Origin: Bugula neritina
Lineage: Eukaryota > Animalia > Bryozoa
NCBI GenBank assembly: GCA_964035545.1
Contig: OZ037773.1
Location: 10,383,751-10,447,750 of the forward strand
DNA length: 64,000 nt
Reading direction: 5' to 3'
Part shown: positions 32,721 to 46,148 of the stretch, in pieces
Position numbering within the stretch: position 1 is the first letter of the stretch
Layout of the letters: each line of letters starts with the position of its first letter
The notes under the pieces: generated by a model
Database searches by the model: none
The model's input: only the letters and a program-made list of their open reading frames with translations
What the model was told of the DNA's origin: nothing
Position numbers and translations under genes: made by a program

Positions 32721-34087
32721 ACTGCTAATATTAGGTGTTGTACTCAATCATTCATTTATAATGCATGTACAGGTATATTGACAATTATGCATATAACAAA
32801 TTTGTAATGCAAATTTTCAATGGTAGATATTGATTAATAAATACTGACCTACAGCTTTGATTAACGTTGAAAACTAGCAGGTTCAACAAATAATTAAAAA
32901 ATGATTTTGTGGAATATTTTGCCTAGAAGTCAACGATTTTTGTCAATATTTAGGTATCTAATTGAACATGAGTGACATGAATGTAGTTAACTGCATTAAC
33001 CAATAAGACATGCATTGATATAAGCTTCTAGTACATCTCTTAGCCGACACGAACTGATAGTCTTATCAACATACACAGAATCTATAGATTAGATTATTTT
33101 GATAGACTTTTCAGAGTAATGAACTTCTTGAAAAATTTGTTTCATAGATTAATTTTAAAAAAATTATACACAGTATTTAAACATCAGCAATAAAATTTAC
33201 AAAGAATACTTTATTTTTTACAATCAAATTATAAATCATAATTAATCACTAATAGCTTCATCATAAAATTGAAACAATAAATACAAAATCATAAAAGGAA
33301 GCCCTATAATTTTCTTAAATAAATTCAATTGTGTACAGCATACAATAGGAGTAATTTACAGTGGCCAACATAGCTGACTGTCTGCTAGCTATATAATATA
33401 CACAAACTAGTAGCGTGATACTAGGTGCTCTGATTTAGCAGACCCGTGCACTGCAGGTATATTAAATTAAAGCAATGTGATGTGTCAACCCTATATAGTG
33501 TTAATAATTCTTTACTGCAGCATATAATTCTCTAGTTAACTATTTTAAGTTTCTTCCTCGCTTAGGTTTAGGGATTTGCTCAGTCCCTGTTGGATAGCAG
33601 CATCTCATGATTCATACAATTGATACTACGCATAAGCATGGCTCTCTGTGGTGTTCTGGTTGTAGATTGGTAGGAGTTCACTTTCCTGATGAACAGTGTT
33701 GTGGCTTATGCAGTCGTTGTACCAGAAACTTTTCCAGTTGAATTTCAGGACAAATTTGACTCGCTGGAAACTTGTCAGCCCAATTCTTGTTTCAGCTTCT
33801 ATAAAAGTTAATTAATATTGTGTAGTATTTTATACTCAGTTCATGACTTACTCTGGTGTGTAGATTTGCATAACAAAAATCAATATTTGAATCCTGTAGA
33901 TTTCTTTGGTCAACCACAATGCTTAAAAATAACTCTGAAAATATTCATACTCATAATTCTTTAATTAATTAGAGAACACGGAACTAATACTTTCCAGCAT
34001 TCAGCCCAAATATTTCGCAGGTAAATTTCTGTTTTGTATATTCAGTTTCAACTTTGAAGAAACAATAGTTATGAAATTAGCTTACCC

Positions 34088-37000
34088 TTATAATGGAGTA
34101 GAGCTCTGTGTACCAGATGCCGCCTGCAGGTCTTCAAGCATCTCTCTGGTTTTTACAACCTGGAGATGATCACTGTCATAAATAGCCTGAAACATTTGTA
34201 GAGCTGATGTTAAATTATCTTTTGCTTCTCCGTGTTTGTTGATCACCTTGTATGTGATACCAATGTTTCTGTACACCAGCGCTATGTTCGGATGGTTAGC
34301 ATCGTTACCATATACAGCCTTCATCATTTCCAAAGATTGTTGAAAATATTTCAAAGCCTGATCTTGCTTTCCTTGTTTAAAAAAAATACTTCCAATGTTT
34401 GCGTAGCTGGTTGCAATGTTGTCATGATTGGGTTGCATCTTGTAAACTACTTTCAGTATACCTAAGCATTTTATGTGTGAATTTAAAGCTTTTTTGTAGT
34501 TTCTCTGGCTTTCATACATATCCGCTAGCTTTTGATGAATAGCCGCAATGTCAGAATGGTTGGTGTCTAACCCATGTAGCTTCTTTTGCATTTCCAGTGC
34601 CAAATTGAGGTACTCTATAGCTTTTTCCTGTTCTTTCGAAACATTGTGAATGTCGGCCAAGGATCCATAACAGTTTGCAATGTCACAGTGGTTGGCATTT
34701 TCACCGTATGTACGTTTGAAAATCTTTAGTGCTTTTTCATACTCCTTTATTACAGAAGGGAAATTGCCCTTTGTACAATAGAGCTCAGCAATTACCTGAT
34801 GTGACCTTCCAATGTCCACATGATTCGTATGTTTGCCATGAACACGTTCAATCATGTTGTGTGACAATGTGCAATACTTTTCAGCATCCTTGGTCCTGCC
34901 CATGTCGCTGCACGCTCGTGTCATATCTCGGTAGCATATCGCAATGTCCCTGTGATCAGCATTCTCTCCATGCAGTTCCTTTAGAATCCTCAGACAATTT
35001 TCATAATGTTCCAGTGCTTTGTTAAAATTTGCAAGTAGTTGGTGCACATTTCCAATATTAGTTTGATTTGTAGCCAATTGAGGGCAATTTTTGTCTTCAA
35101 GTTTGTTCAGTATTTCAAATTCTTTGCTGTAGCTTTCCAAAGCATCATCAAATTTTCTTATTGCACACTCCAAGTCCCCAATTTGCCTGTAGGTTTCACC
35201 AGTATCTTTATGATCTGGAAAGTTCTGCAACAAACCTAAAGAGTATTCGTAGTACTCTAAAGCACATTCATAATTGCCATTAATTTTGTGTGCCTCACCA
35301 CAATCTCTATGTGCAGCTGCAAGTTGTAAATTATGACTACCTTCTCGGTAAATTTCCTTAAATGTAGTCAATGATCGGTTGCAGTGTTTTAGAGCTTCAA
35401 TGCTGTCTCCCAATTTTATGTAAGCCTTGCCGACATTGTTGTGGGCAGTCGCTATTTCAAGATTGTTAGCATCATCTCCAAAACATGTTTTTAGAGCTTC
35501 CAAGGCAATCATACTATTTTCTAAAGATTTTTGATACTCAGCTCTTTTGAAGTAAAATACTCCAAAGTGAGAGTAGACACTCGCACTATCAACATTGCAA
35601 TTAGAGTTTTTATAGAAATGGTTCAGCATGTCTAATGATTTGTTCAAATGCTCTAACACCTGCTCGTCAGATCCATCTTCCATAAGTGTGTAACTAATTT
35701 TTAAGTGAATAAGAGCAAGATCTCGATGACCAGTTTTTTTTTTGTAAATAGGCTTCAATATTTTAAGACAAGATTTGAAGCATTGCCGCGCAGCTTTAAA
35801 CTCTTTCTGCTTTAAATAGGCTATTCCTATTTTTTCAGATATTGTTGCTGTTTGCCTATTTCCATATTTTCCAAAAATTTGTTCCATAATTTGCAGTGCT
35901 TTCTCGTAATATCGAACTGCTTCTGAAAAGTTTCCGTTTTCCAGATGAACATCTCCTACCGAGCTGTAGCCTATAGCTACAGTAGGCTGCAGAGAAGTAT
36001 TTTCACCTGCAGCAAATCTAAGCAAATTTAATTCGTCAACCTCAATTTCAAATTTTTCAGGCAGCTTTCCAACAGCTTCTGAACTAATAGACTTGATAAT
36101 ATCTCGTGTATCATCATAACTAAATTCTAATATTTGTAGTGATTCAACGATTAATTGAAATGCCAGTGTAAAATTTCCTACTTCTGAATATACTTGTGCT
36201 GCTGATCGTAAAATTTCAGCCAAAAGAAGCAAAACTTTGTGGGGTGTGTCAGTTTTTTCTAATAGAAGGTATGCATCATCAAAATACTTCAGAGCTTTGT
36301 CCCATTGCTTTAGCTTCTGATAGACTCTGCCTAGAAGGTGAAGGCTATGAGCTAGTCGTGGGTCAGCGGAGGATTTTCTGAGAGCAATACTTCGAATAAT
36401 TTTGGCTTTTGCCAAGACTTGCAGACTTTTATCAAACTGTTCTTTGTGTAAATATATGAGTCCTTCTTCTTCTAGACTCTGAGCAAACTCTAGACTTGAA
36501 TGTGTTTCACCATTATACAGCTTCTTTAGGATATCTTGCGAGAGCTTGCAGTATTTCAAAGACTCTTCATAGTTCCACAGATTGCATAGAATTTTAGCCA
36601 TGTTTCTATAGCACCTGGATAAGTCAAGGCTACTTGAGCTCTCACCATATCGATGTCGCAGCTTTTGAAGACATACTTGTTGATGCTGTAATGCTTCTTC
36701 AAAGTTTTCTTGCTCAAGTTGCACAGCAGCCATTGTTTCACAATAAAAAACTTCTATGTCATAATTATCTTCTATTGACAAATGCATTGGTTCAATCAAT
36801 TTCAATGAACACCTGACGAATGCTTCGGACTGATCAAAAAACTTTAGGTGGCGGCAAGTAGTGGCTAATGCTTTGTACGCGTGTGAAGCAGTTTCTAGCA
36901 TTTGTTTACCAGCATCATCGGTTGGTGACATGCTTTTGAAAAATTTATCTAAATTGTTGTTCAAAGGAAAACTTGTTTTACCACTTATTTTATGACTTAG

Positions 37001-39478
37001 TATTTTAAAGACTTCTTCGAGCACCTGTAGAGATTGCCTGTAGCAAAATATTGTATTCAAACTGTCTGCAGATAGAATCTTCCACTTGAGACTTTCTTCA
37101 ACTGTTGCACTATTTTTATCCAACCATTCCAAGTAATTGAGAGCTGTTTCATGCAATCCATTTGACAGCAGCAAATAGCAACAGATCTCTGCACATTTCT
37201 TATCATGTGCAGAATTGGCAAGCAGCGGAGCTTGCGCGTTTTTGGCCGTTAAAAGTGATGTACATCCATTCTCTAAAACACCTGACCCCAATGCGTTTCT
37301 AATTCTCTTTAGGGCGGAAAAATGATCACCAGTAAAGAATATTACTTCCGTTTTTATCCAAATATTATTAACACTTTCATTTCGAATATATCCGATTGAT
37401 TCTTGCAGATGGATTGCTAAATTGCGGCTAAGAAAAAATGTTAATTTGTAGCCAAGTTTTCTTGCATTTAAGGCTCTTCTTGCAAAATTTTGAATCAAAT
37501 TTTTCATTGGGACAAGAATGCAGCCAAGAGCAATAAACAAGTTTGGAGGTATGTGATATCGATCAGTGCTTTTGGAATTGAAACATTTGTACAGTGATAC
37601 AAGATCGTACTTCGAGTTTGAGTGCAGATAAGTGCAGAGCCGAGTGTATATTGACAAAGCTAGCAGAAAGTGAATAAGGGAACAGTTCCTCATCGACAGC
37701 AAACCAATTTTAACCAAGTCCTCATACTTTTCCCAGGGATATTTAGATGATAGATTAAATAAATGACCAATATCTGTAGCTATAATTGTTGGGAATCGAA
37801 AAATATCTGTTTTGACTTTAATATCAAAGTTTTCGGGTGGTCCAAAAGTTGTGAACGTTGGCTTAAAACTGTATTTCTCCATATCACTAAAAAGAGTATA
37901 CAGTCGCTTCTCAATAATTCGCGAGCAATTAATGCCGTTTTCAACTTCAAACTCAAGTTGAGCTGTTTGAAATTTGTTTAGTAGGTGATTACCACCTGGG
38001 CTGGCATATATCTCAATGGTTGAGAAGAGCAAGTCGGACACGTCGCCCACTTGCTCTGCAGGGTCTGCCATGGCTTCCTTCTTGTAAAGCTCCATCAACT
38101 CATCTACTGTTAAGATATAGCTTTTACCTCCAGGCTTACCAGTAGGAATATTTCCAGCCGGCTCACTTATTCCATCAAATCTAAAGCCCACTCTTATGCT
38201 CCTCAGCAAGGATTGCATTTCTTTAGAATCTAGTTCTGGTTCCTGTATGTCATATGATTTGAGAGGGGTCTCTCCGCAGTTCCCTAGTCTGAAGTACGTG
38301 TCCATGGCAAGATCTTTAAAGTACTGGAGCTCCTCATCTGATTCAACAATAAAAATATATTCTAAATCAGAATAGGGAGTTGCCTCACCTCTAGCGATTG
38401 AGCCTAGCCCAACGACTGCAAAAGAACAAGGCGGCTCTCTCCCTTGTCTCTTTAAAATGCTGATACTAGAGGTGATGATTTTATTAGCAATAATCACAAG
38501 ATTATCACTGCTAACTTTAGTTAGCTCAAAAACTTTTTTCGTAAACGTTGAAGAGATGTCATTTTCCTTGTTATCAAAGAAGTCATCAATGTTGACTTTT
38601 TGCTCCAATTCTTTCAAACTCTGCAACTCATTTACTGTCTCACTCCGAAACTTTCCTAGCAATTCTTTGTGGTCTTTGGTGAGCTGCTGAAACTCTTTAA
38701 ATGTTAATGGATGAGAATTTTTATACCAGCTTTTTTCTATGTCGTAAATCTTTTCTTCTTTGCCTAGTTCTACTTTATGTTGGCTAACTGTAAGGCTGGC
38801 ATTTGCTAGTCCATGAGCCTAAAGTATTTATAAAAACTATTCAGCATGCACCTAACATCTAACTAAAAGTTTGTAAACACTTAAGAGTAGCCATGTTTAA
38901 GATTATTGTCATTTAGTGCATTCATTGTCAAACTCTAACTTATATTTCACTAGTAGATTTCATGTTTCCACATTGGTAATATAATATTTCCAAGATGTGA
39001 TAAGACTTACTTTAAGATAAAGTGACCAGTCATTGCCAACTTTATCTGCCTTTGAGTGATATCTCTTTGTCAGCTGGTCTAGTAATAAAATTTGTTCCTC
39101 TTTTGTTTCTATTAACAATATAAAAGTAGATAATTTCCTATAGAAATCATTCTTCTATAACCTTTGTTACAATACCAAGTTTTAAATTTCATGCAATATA
39201 ACAAATATTCACATGGTGCATAAGATATTTGTATCAGTTGTACCAGAGTTTATTCTAATTATAATTGTTTTTAATTATCATAAATTTTAGCCTGACAGTT
39301 CTCCAAATATGTCGCATGCAGTCAGGTCTTGATATTTACAGTTGGTAGCCTACCTAACAACTACTACATACAGCAGAGGTTAGAGTGCTACATTATGGCA
39401 AGTATTCCATTAGATGCCTAACTTTCTTTAAAATTGTACTTTTGTTAATATATACTTACTTTCCACTCTACTATCCAT
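34088..39478 (-). CDS. Nucleotidyltransferase (GlnD/GlnE/DUF294-like, pol-beta superfamily) - TPR-repeat protein, ~1,615 aa
   Basis: Exons 39478-39460 (MDSRVE), 39108-39011 (..GNDWSLYLK) and a 4.7-kb exon 38818-34088 containing ORF 34088..38662. NTase signature FAVVGLGSIARGEATPYSDLEY (hGS-x10-DhE) with a downstream acidic RFDG strand, a helical segment (DIKVKTDIFRFP) and ~20 TPRs of ~42-44 aa (e.g. HPNIALVYRNIGITY, ALKYFQQSLEM). Confidence 0.88.
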
Positions 39479-41669
39479 ACTTATTAAAGCTGACTCAGTT
39501 TTTCATTTTATTCCAATTTATCTCAGTTTCCGCTGTAGATCTCAGTTTTAGTCAAACTTGCAAGTCTTTTCTATCTCTTCCTCTACAAAGAAAGAAGTGG
39601 AGTTATAGCTGTGATGATCAGTTCACGTTCCTACACAGCAATAACTTTTCTATATACTGTTGGTAGCATGCAGGTATATCAAGCAGACAAATAAACACAA
39701 AGAATGTTTTAATATTGTTTTGTTCGTAATATGACTATGCTATTGTTATAACTATAATGCTTAATATTGATTATCCAGCATATACCTCAATGCTTTTTAT
39801 CCATGTTTGACAGTGTGGTTTGAGTAAATATAAAAGGGGGCTTTACCTGAAAGTAAGGGGATTCCCCTGCATATATCATAATAATATGACTGATAAACTC
39901 AGTCTATTGGTACAAGTACATAGTCCAAACAGCTAAGAGATATGAATTATTGAAGAGGTATGATTTTAACCTACGTGTGGCCAACAGTGATAATTTCATT
40001 GAAATGATGCAATATGGTACTAGAAAGCAGAAGTTTCATTATTTCTACCTGTATTTGAAAGTTTAGTAAAGTTGGCCAACAAAACCTGTGGCTAAACTGT
40101 TATGAAGCATGCAGTACAAGTTGAACAGTATTATCAAGGAATGAATAGCTATGGCCTTCTACCATCAAACCAATATTCTGGTTTTATAATAAACATCAAC
40201 TGAGACGTAGTAAAGATGCATTAAAGTTAATGTGATGTTTAGGTTTGCTTAGCTAAATTTTATGTATATGAGTGAGTTAACGGGGTGTTTGCATCATTTA
40301 ATCTAGATGGGAATATTGGAAGTTTTTAAATGTGTTTTAAAAGCTACCGCAATCCACGAAAATAAATTTATAGAAAATAATTGTATTTATATCTACCATT
40401 AATTGTATCTTTATAATTGCCATTTGTAATTTCACTCTCATAATCTATCATCCAATTGAAGCCATATGATTAAGTTTCAGTGTAATACTTAATTTTACTG
40501 AGTTATAACAACAGAATTGCTTTATAATACCTATAATACAGCTCACAGAGAAGTCATGTTTTGCATTCCCTATGAAAGTTTTATTCTAAAGCAATATAAT
40601 GAATAACTTTGGACATCCTTTTACTTACTACCAGCTTCCCAGCTGTACGTATGTTATTAGACATTTTATTAGATATATATATATAGAATCACTTGTATAA
40701 CAGCTACTAGTTTATAGGCAATTGCTGCATGCATATAATATGGTACACTGATATGTAATATATATAGCATCAAAAACTTACCTTCAATCTATTCGCAGTT
40801 GATGGAGAGATCATTGAGGACTAGATATCAAGTACTGAGTCTCATATACTGAACTCAACCTGCCAGGAGTGACAGAATATTTTGTATATTGACTATATAG
40901 CTATTGTAAAGTATGTGCAGTGCTTTGGAAGTTGTTATCAAATGCCGCATGACAGAAGATGTACTTCACTTATCAGCTTTACAGTTTGACTATCAACAGC
41001 GGCTTTGTTTGAATGGAGGTACTATGTGCACTCAGTGAACACTGTGTATATAGTGCAATGTGTATTATATAGTACAATGTGTATAATGAAAAGTGTGTAT
41101 ATTGAATAGTGTAGGAGGAAATAACTTCAAATTATCCTTTGATTTATAATTTCAACAAACTGCCCACTCAGCTTACCAAGCAGCATGCAAGTCTATATAT
41201 TAGCTGGCCAAGTGTGTTTAGTTACCAATTTAATATAATTATATTCAAATAAAAATTACCACATGTTTATCACTATAATTATACATAAAATATAAAAACA
41301 CAAAATGTAAAAACACATATAAGTTATGTATAGAAAAATACAATATATATACATATATAATGCAAGTATAAAATTCATCACATTGTTACTCAGAGATTAA
41401 ATGTCATAAAAGAGATTTTTTTGGTGTAAAAAATATATAAAATAAAGTATATAAATTTATCAAATAATATTTTTATTTATTATAGCTGCATAAATCTCCT
41501 TTTAATCCAGTATAATTTTGTATTAAGTAAAACGTTTACCTATGAACCAATAGTGAGTATTGTATTTGATATAGAGATATTTTACTAAACAGATAACAAA
41601 ATATAAGTTAAATTACTTTTTTTATTTTAAAAAAGTAATCTAATTTATAAATTCAGAAAACCTTTGCAC

Positions 41670-43247
41670 TTATCGCTGCCTCCTTCTCTTAGCCTCGTGC
41701 TCATATCTAGCAGAAACTAGACACAAGACTGTAACCATTACTAAGGAAGTCAGGCTAAAGGTCGTGTGACATGAGTCAGCCATGTCCAGACAGCCGACAG
41801 CAAACCCTATGACCACACACCAACACGGGAAAAGAAGGTACAGAGATATAAGGTGCCGCATGCGCTCTTCTCTTGGCTGTCTACTGTGCTGTAACAGTGG
41901 CTGCCGTAGTGAGTCATCAGATGAGTCATTCTCTGACAGGTTATTGTTGATGCTGCCAGGAAGTTGAGCTGGCAGTGACACCAGAGAAGAAGCATCACGT
42001 CTGCTGCTGCCATGAGCATTAAATGGAAAGTGGCCGCCAGAGCTTGTATAGAATCCTACAAGAGATCAAACTCTGTATCTTTCTTATAGAGAGATTTCTA
42101 TTGTTTTAGTATGAAGTTAGCTATTTGCATGTAATTTACTCTGTCAAAATGACAATCATGCAACATATACAAATAATATTGAATTAGAAGTTTGAGAAAA
42201 CAGTTATGTGCTGCTGTTGAGAATGTTTTATCTCAGATCATTTTCTATTCATCTACAATTAGCATGAAAAATACTTTTAATACTACCTCACAGCAATATG
42301 CCTCTTTTTAAGAAATATTGTATTGAAATTTGAAGCTTTTCACTTGAATATATATATATAACTTGTTATAACAGCATATAACATATAAAAATTGCATCAA
42401 TTGCTATGTTGTTGTATTTTGATATAACAATTTTTTATATGATGCGTAAACAGATGTATTTTTTGTACTGTAATACACAATAAAACATTATATCACTTTG
42501 CACATCATATTAAGTTGCTGATAATATTAGTATATTAATCCTAAACAATTGTCTCTAATATATCGCAGTTTTATTATAAGTTACATTATGTACAATACTG
42601 TATTATACTATACTAAATCGTATTATATTATATCATATTGTGATATATTATGCCATAACCGCACTAATTGTAGCATTGCCAACGTTGTTAAAACTCAAGA
42701 CACTCCTAATAATTTACGCTATTATCACACAACAACATAAAGAAGGTTGGGCAACTCTAAAACATTTATTCAACGTCACTTAGGTTTGTACTTATATCTT
42801 AAAGCTCAACTCAAACAGGTTTTGCTCAAATTATAAACAACTTATTAAAGAAAAGATAGAAATTAAATAAATCCTCAACCAACCTCTATTTCCTTCCACA
42901 TCCTGACCTGGTACTAGAGTCTCCTGACTGAAGCCGGTAGGGAATCCGGGGACAAGATAGAAACTAGCCGAACTCTCAAACGAGTTGTGTAGCTGATCAT
43001 AGCTAGCACCAAATGGAACTTGGGTGCTAGCTGTATCAAGTTGTACTTGAGTACTAGCTGTACTGAGTGGTACTTGAGTACTAGTCACAGCTATGTTGTC
43101 GCTAGTGCTGGACTCTGTGTCACTGAAGGGAGACTGATCGCTGCTTGAACCATCGTCAGGAGGATCACCGCCAACCCGTGTGGAAGTTGAAGACTCCGTG
43201 TCTGTTGACTCAGGACTTGAGAATGTGGAATAGTTATGTGCGGCCAT
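41670..43247 (-). CDS. Orphan ~249-aa membrane protein: Ser/Thr-rich disordered N-terminus and two C-terminal TM helices
   Basis: ORFs 42831..43247 and 41670..41981 join through a phase-1 intron: exon 43247-42884 (AG|GTTGGT donor) and exon 42055-41670 (TTGTAG acceptor), open frame. Hydrophobic stretches LISLYLLFPCWCVVIGFAVGCL and FSLTSLVMVTVLCLVSA, then a basic tail KRRRQR. Confidence 0.65.
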
Positions 43248-44113
43248 TTTAACTGCAGTTCACTCTTACAGAATTCACAAGTAGAACAGTTAGTGTTGAG
43301 AGTTTCACACGACTGCCAGCTGATAGTGAGGCATTGTAATAGATGTCTCTTTTATCTCACGCAGACTTGGTATCAGCCAGAAATATATTGGTTACTAATT
43401 CTAGGAACCTTTTATCTAATGACATTGTGATACCCAAAGCTGATAAAGTGCTGTTGTATTACTAACACAGGTATAATAACTATTACTGTAATTTCAATAT
43501 TTTAGGATAAAAACTTAAGTAAGACGAAACTGATCATAAGCTGCTGTTGAGCCTATCCAAGCATTAGTGGAGGTAACTAGCACCTCTCATTATCATTTTT
43601 AGTGAAATGTCAAATTATTGAATGTGGATTTCGGTCAGCATTAGAATCTGCATAGTTACAGTAATTAGTAGTTCATACTTTAATAGCTGTACATGTTTAT
43701 TTGGTTTTAGTCATTATTGCCAATGTATTCTCATTCATTGCATGAAAGTTGACAATATTATAAAATTATTTTGGTTTGCTCTGTTGTCATCGCAATGCAG
43801 TTTTTTTCAGAGTTGTGTTCTTTTTAATTATGAGAATACTACAAGATCTCTAACATAGTAGAAGAACTGTCACTTGACTAGAATATGTAGCTAGCCCTCC
43901 CAGGTATGAAACAGCTACTGGAATATGCCAGATTTCACAATATATTTGAAATTTAGCACTTAGCAGAGCATTATAACAAAACTGGTTGAAATAAATTTAT
44001 TCGTCCTAAATATTTGCATCTTTCAATATTGTAATTTGTAAATTTTCACCGTGCTGTCATGTGACTATGACATCATCAGGCATCTGTGATGTCCCAAGCA
44101 CAAGTGTATGATG

Positions 44114-44452
44114 TCACTGGTTTCTGTGATAGTTGTTACAAGCACATCCGTGGCCATTGCAGTAGCCGAAGTCATAGCCTTTAGACCTGCAATGACTTCT
44201 ACAATTCTTTACATCCCCACAAGCCTTTGTCACCAATACGTCTGCAACAGTGAGATAAGAAAGGTGTTTGAATTATCATTCTGACTAAAATGTTGATATC
44301 ACAAATTACTATTCTGATAATGTTGTTTATTTATAGTTACAACTAAGAGACAATGATAATATAATTGACTTAGTATAGATTGTATTATACTTACTTTCCA
44401 GAAGAGATAGGATAACTCCAAATAGAACTGTCAGGAGGATAGTGAACCTCAT
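44114..44452 (-). CDS. Cysteine-stabilised alpha-beta (invertebrate-type) defensin precursor, 61 aa
   Basis: Exons 44452-44395 and 44241-44114 (phase-1 GT-AG intron) encode MRFTILLTVLFGVILSLLENVLVTKA-CGDVKNCRSHCRSKGYDFGYCNGHGCACNNYHRNQ*. Signal peptide plus C-x5-C-x3-C-x9-C-x4-C-x-C spacing with GYC; minus-strand AATAAA at ~43996-44001. Confidence 0.88.
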
Positions 44453-46010
44453 CTTGGACTGGTTTACTGTTATGAGCTTGCTAAAGCAAAACAATAATAT
44501 ACAACAAATGCAAATTACAATACAAAACTCACATCATAAATTTGAGAATTATACTTACAACTAATAAAGTATTGAAAAGTAATTTATTATTACCTGCAGC
44601 TAATAGAGTATTGAGAGAAGTTTTACCTGCAGTTAGTAGATGATATTGGAAGATTAGGAATTATAAAACTTCTGACTTGCCTCTTTGAAAGATGCTAGCT
44701 GTTTAATGTACACCCTGAGCTTTGAGAGTGCATAAAATAGAGTTATGTAATAGTCTACCTTTCTATTGAAACTGAAATATATAATATTATAATTCAAGAT
44801 TGTTTGGAAATAATGAATAGTTTAGTATAAGTATAGCACAGTGCAGCAATCATAAAAGTTTATTCCAACTGTGATTATAATAACTATAATAAAGTTAGCT
44901 GAGTTTAGAGATTGTTTGAGTGCATGTCTGTGTTAACAGGTGGCTACTATAGTAACACTAGCTGTATAATTTCAATGTCTCTAATACTACAGTCATCTAG
45001 ACTACTATAACAATCACCAGGCACTATTTATTCTTAGATAAACATTTTATTCCCTGACAAAAAAGACGGCACCCTTCCTGATATTTTTAATTTGTTGTTA
45101 TTCTTCAAAATATTGTTTTTAGAAGCACAAATAATGAGCCCTTTGGTTCCACCTGCAAGCACCTGCCAAGGTAGCACCATGCAGACAAGTGTCAGTTTTA
45201 TAATATGACATGACACTCAGAGTTGGCAGCCTCTCAAGTCAGCCCCTACTTTCAAATAGTGGCAGTTGAATCATTAGCTGACGTTTGGTGAGATGGACTG
45301 AGTTGTAGATAAATAAATACAGATATATTGGATGAGATGTCAAGTAATTAGGGGAGATGTAGAAAGTCAGCTTCCTGTTGGAGTCTATCTATACAGAGTG
45401 TTAGAGGTAAGTAGTGTATGGGTAGGTAGATTTATACTGTTGGCTATATGATGATATACTATGTATTGTATATGTAATAATATATAAGTAGATTTATATA
45501 CTGTTATATAATGTTGCTATTGTGAAGGACTACATAATATATTATATAATGTAGTAATGTATTATAAACACTAACTGTTATAACGTGAGCTACACAAAAG
45601 CCATATAGCATGAACTAAGGTTGTAAAATACGTATTATAATATTGTTAAAATATATTCTAAATAAATTTATTAGAAACAAATTATTTTCTGCTTTATCCT
45701 CCAAGTAATACATATAGCTTTTAAGGCAGGACAATTTTTATTACTGAACTGTAAAAGCTAAATATAACTGGTTACATTTTGTACATATTAACTGCCAAAT
45801 TCTAAGCAATTGGTCCTTCAGTTATCAGTGAAGCTGTGGATTAAACTGATAACACATTTCATGTTTTCTTTGCTTGAGCAGTTATGAGCAGAGAGAATAT
45901 TGACACAGGGTTCATATCACTGAGAAAGCTGATCTTTTGCTTTTTCATACAGAATAAAAATTTAAGTCAAGAGCAGTTACTTTTTGGGAAACTAAAGTAA
46001 CAAATGAGCT

Positions 46011-46148
46011 TGCAGGTGCTCATAGGTGCTTACAGGTGCTCACAGGTGCTTGCAGGTGCTTGCAGGTGCTCGCAGGTGCTTGCAGGTGCTTGCAGGTGCT
46101 CGCAGGTACTTGCAGGTGCTTGCAGGTGCTCGCAGGTGCTCGCAGGTG
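46011..46148. repeat. 10-bp minisatellite (TGCAGGTGCT)n
   Basis: Seen directly. Confidence 0.9.

Noticed and set aside
34232-38690. Short plus-strand ORFs overlapping the NTase-TPR exon
   Set aside because: Antisense shadows of the long coding exon with no motifs.
41807-42019. 70-aa ORF with signal-like start (MAAADVMLLLW)
   Set aside because: Alternative frame of the 2-TM gene's second exon; the other frame fits the splice phase and runs to a natural end.
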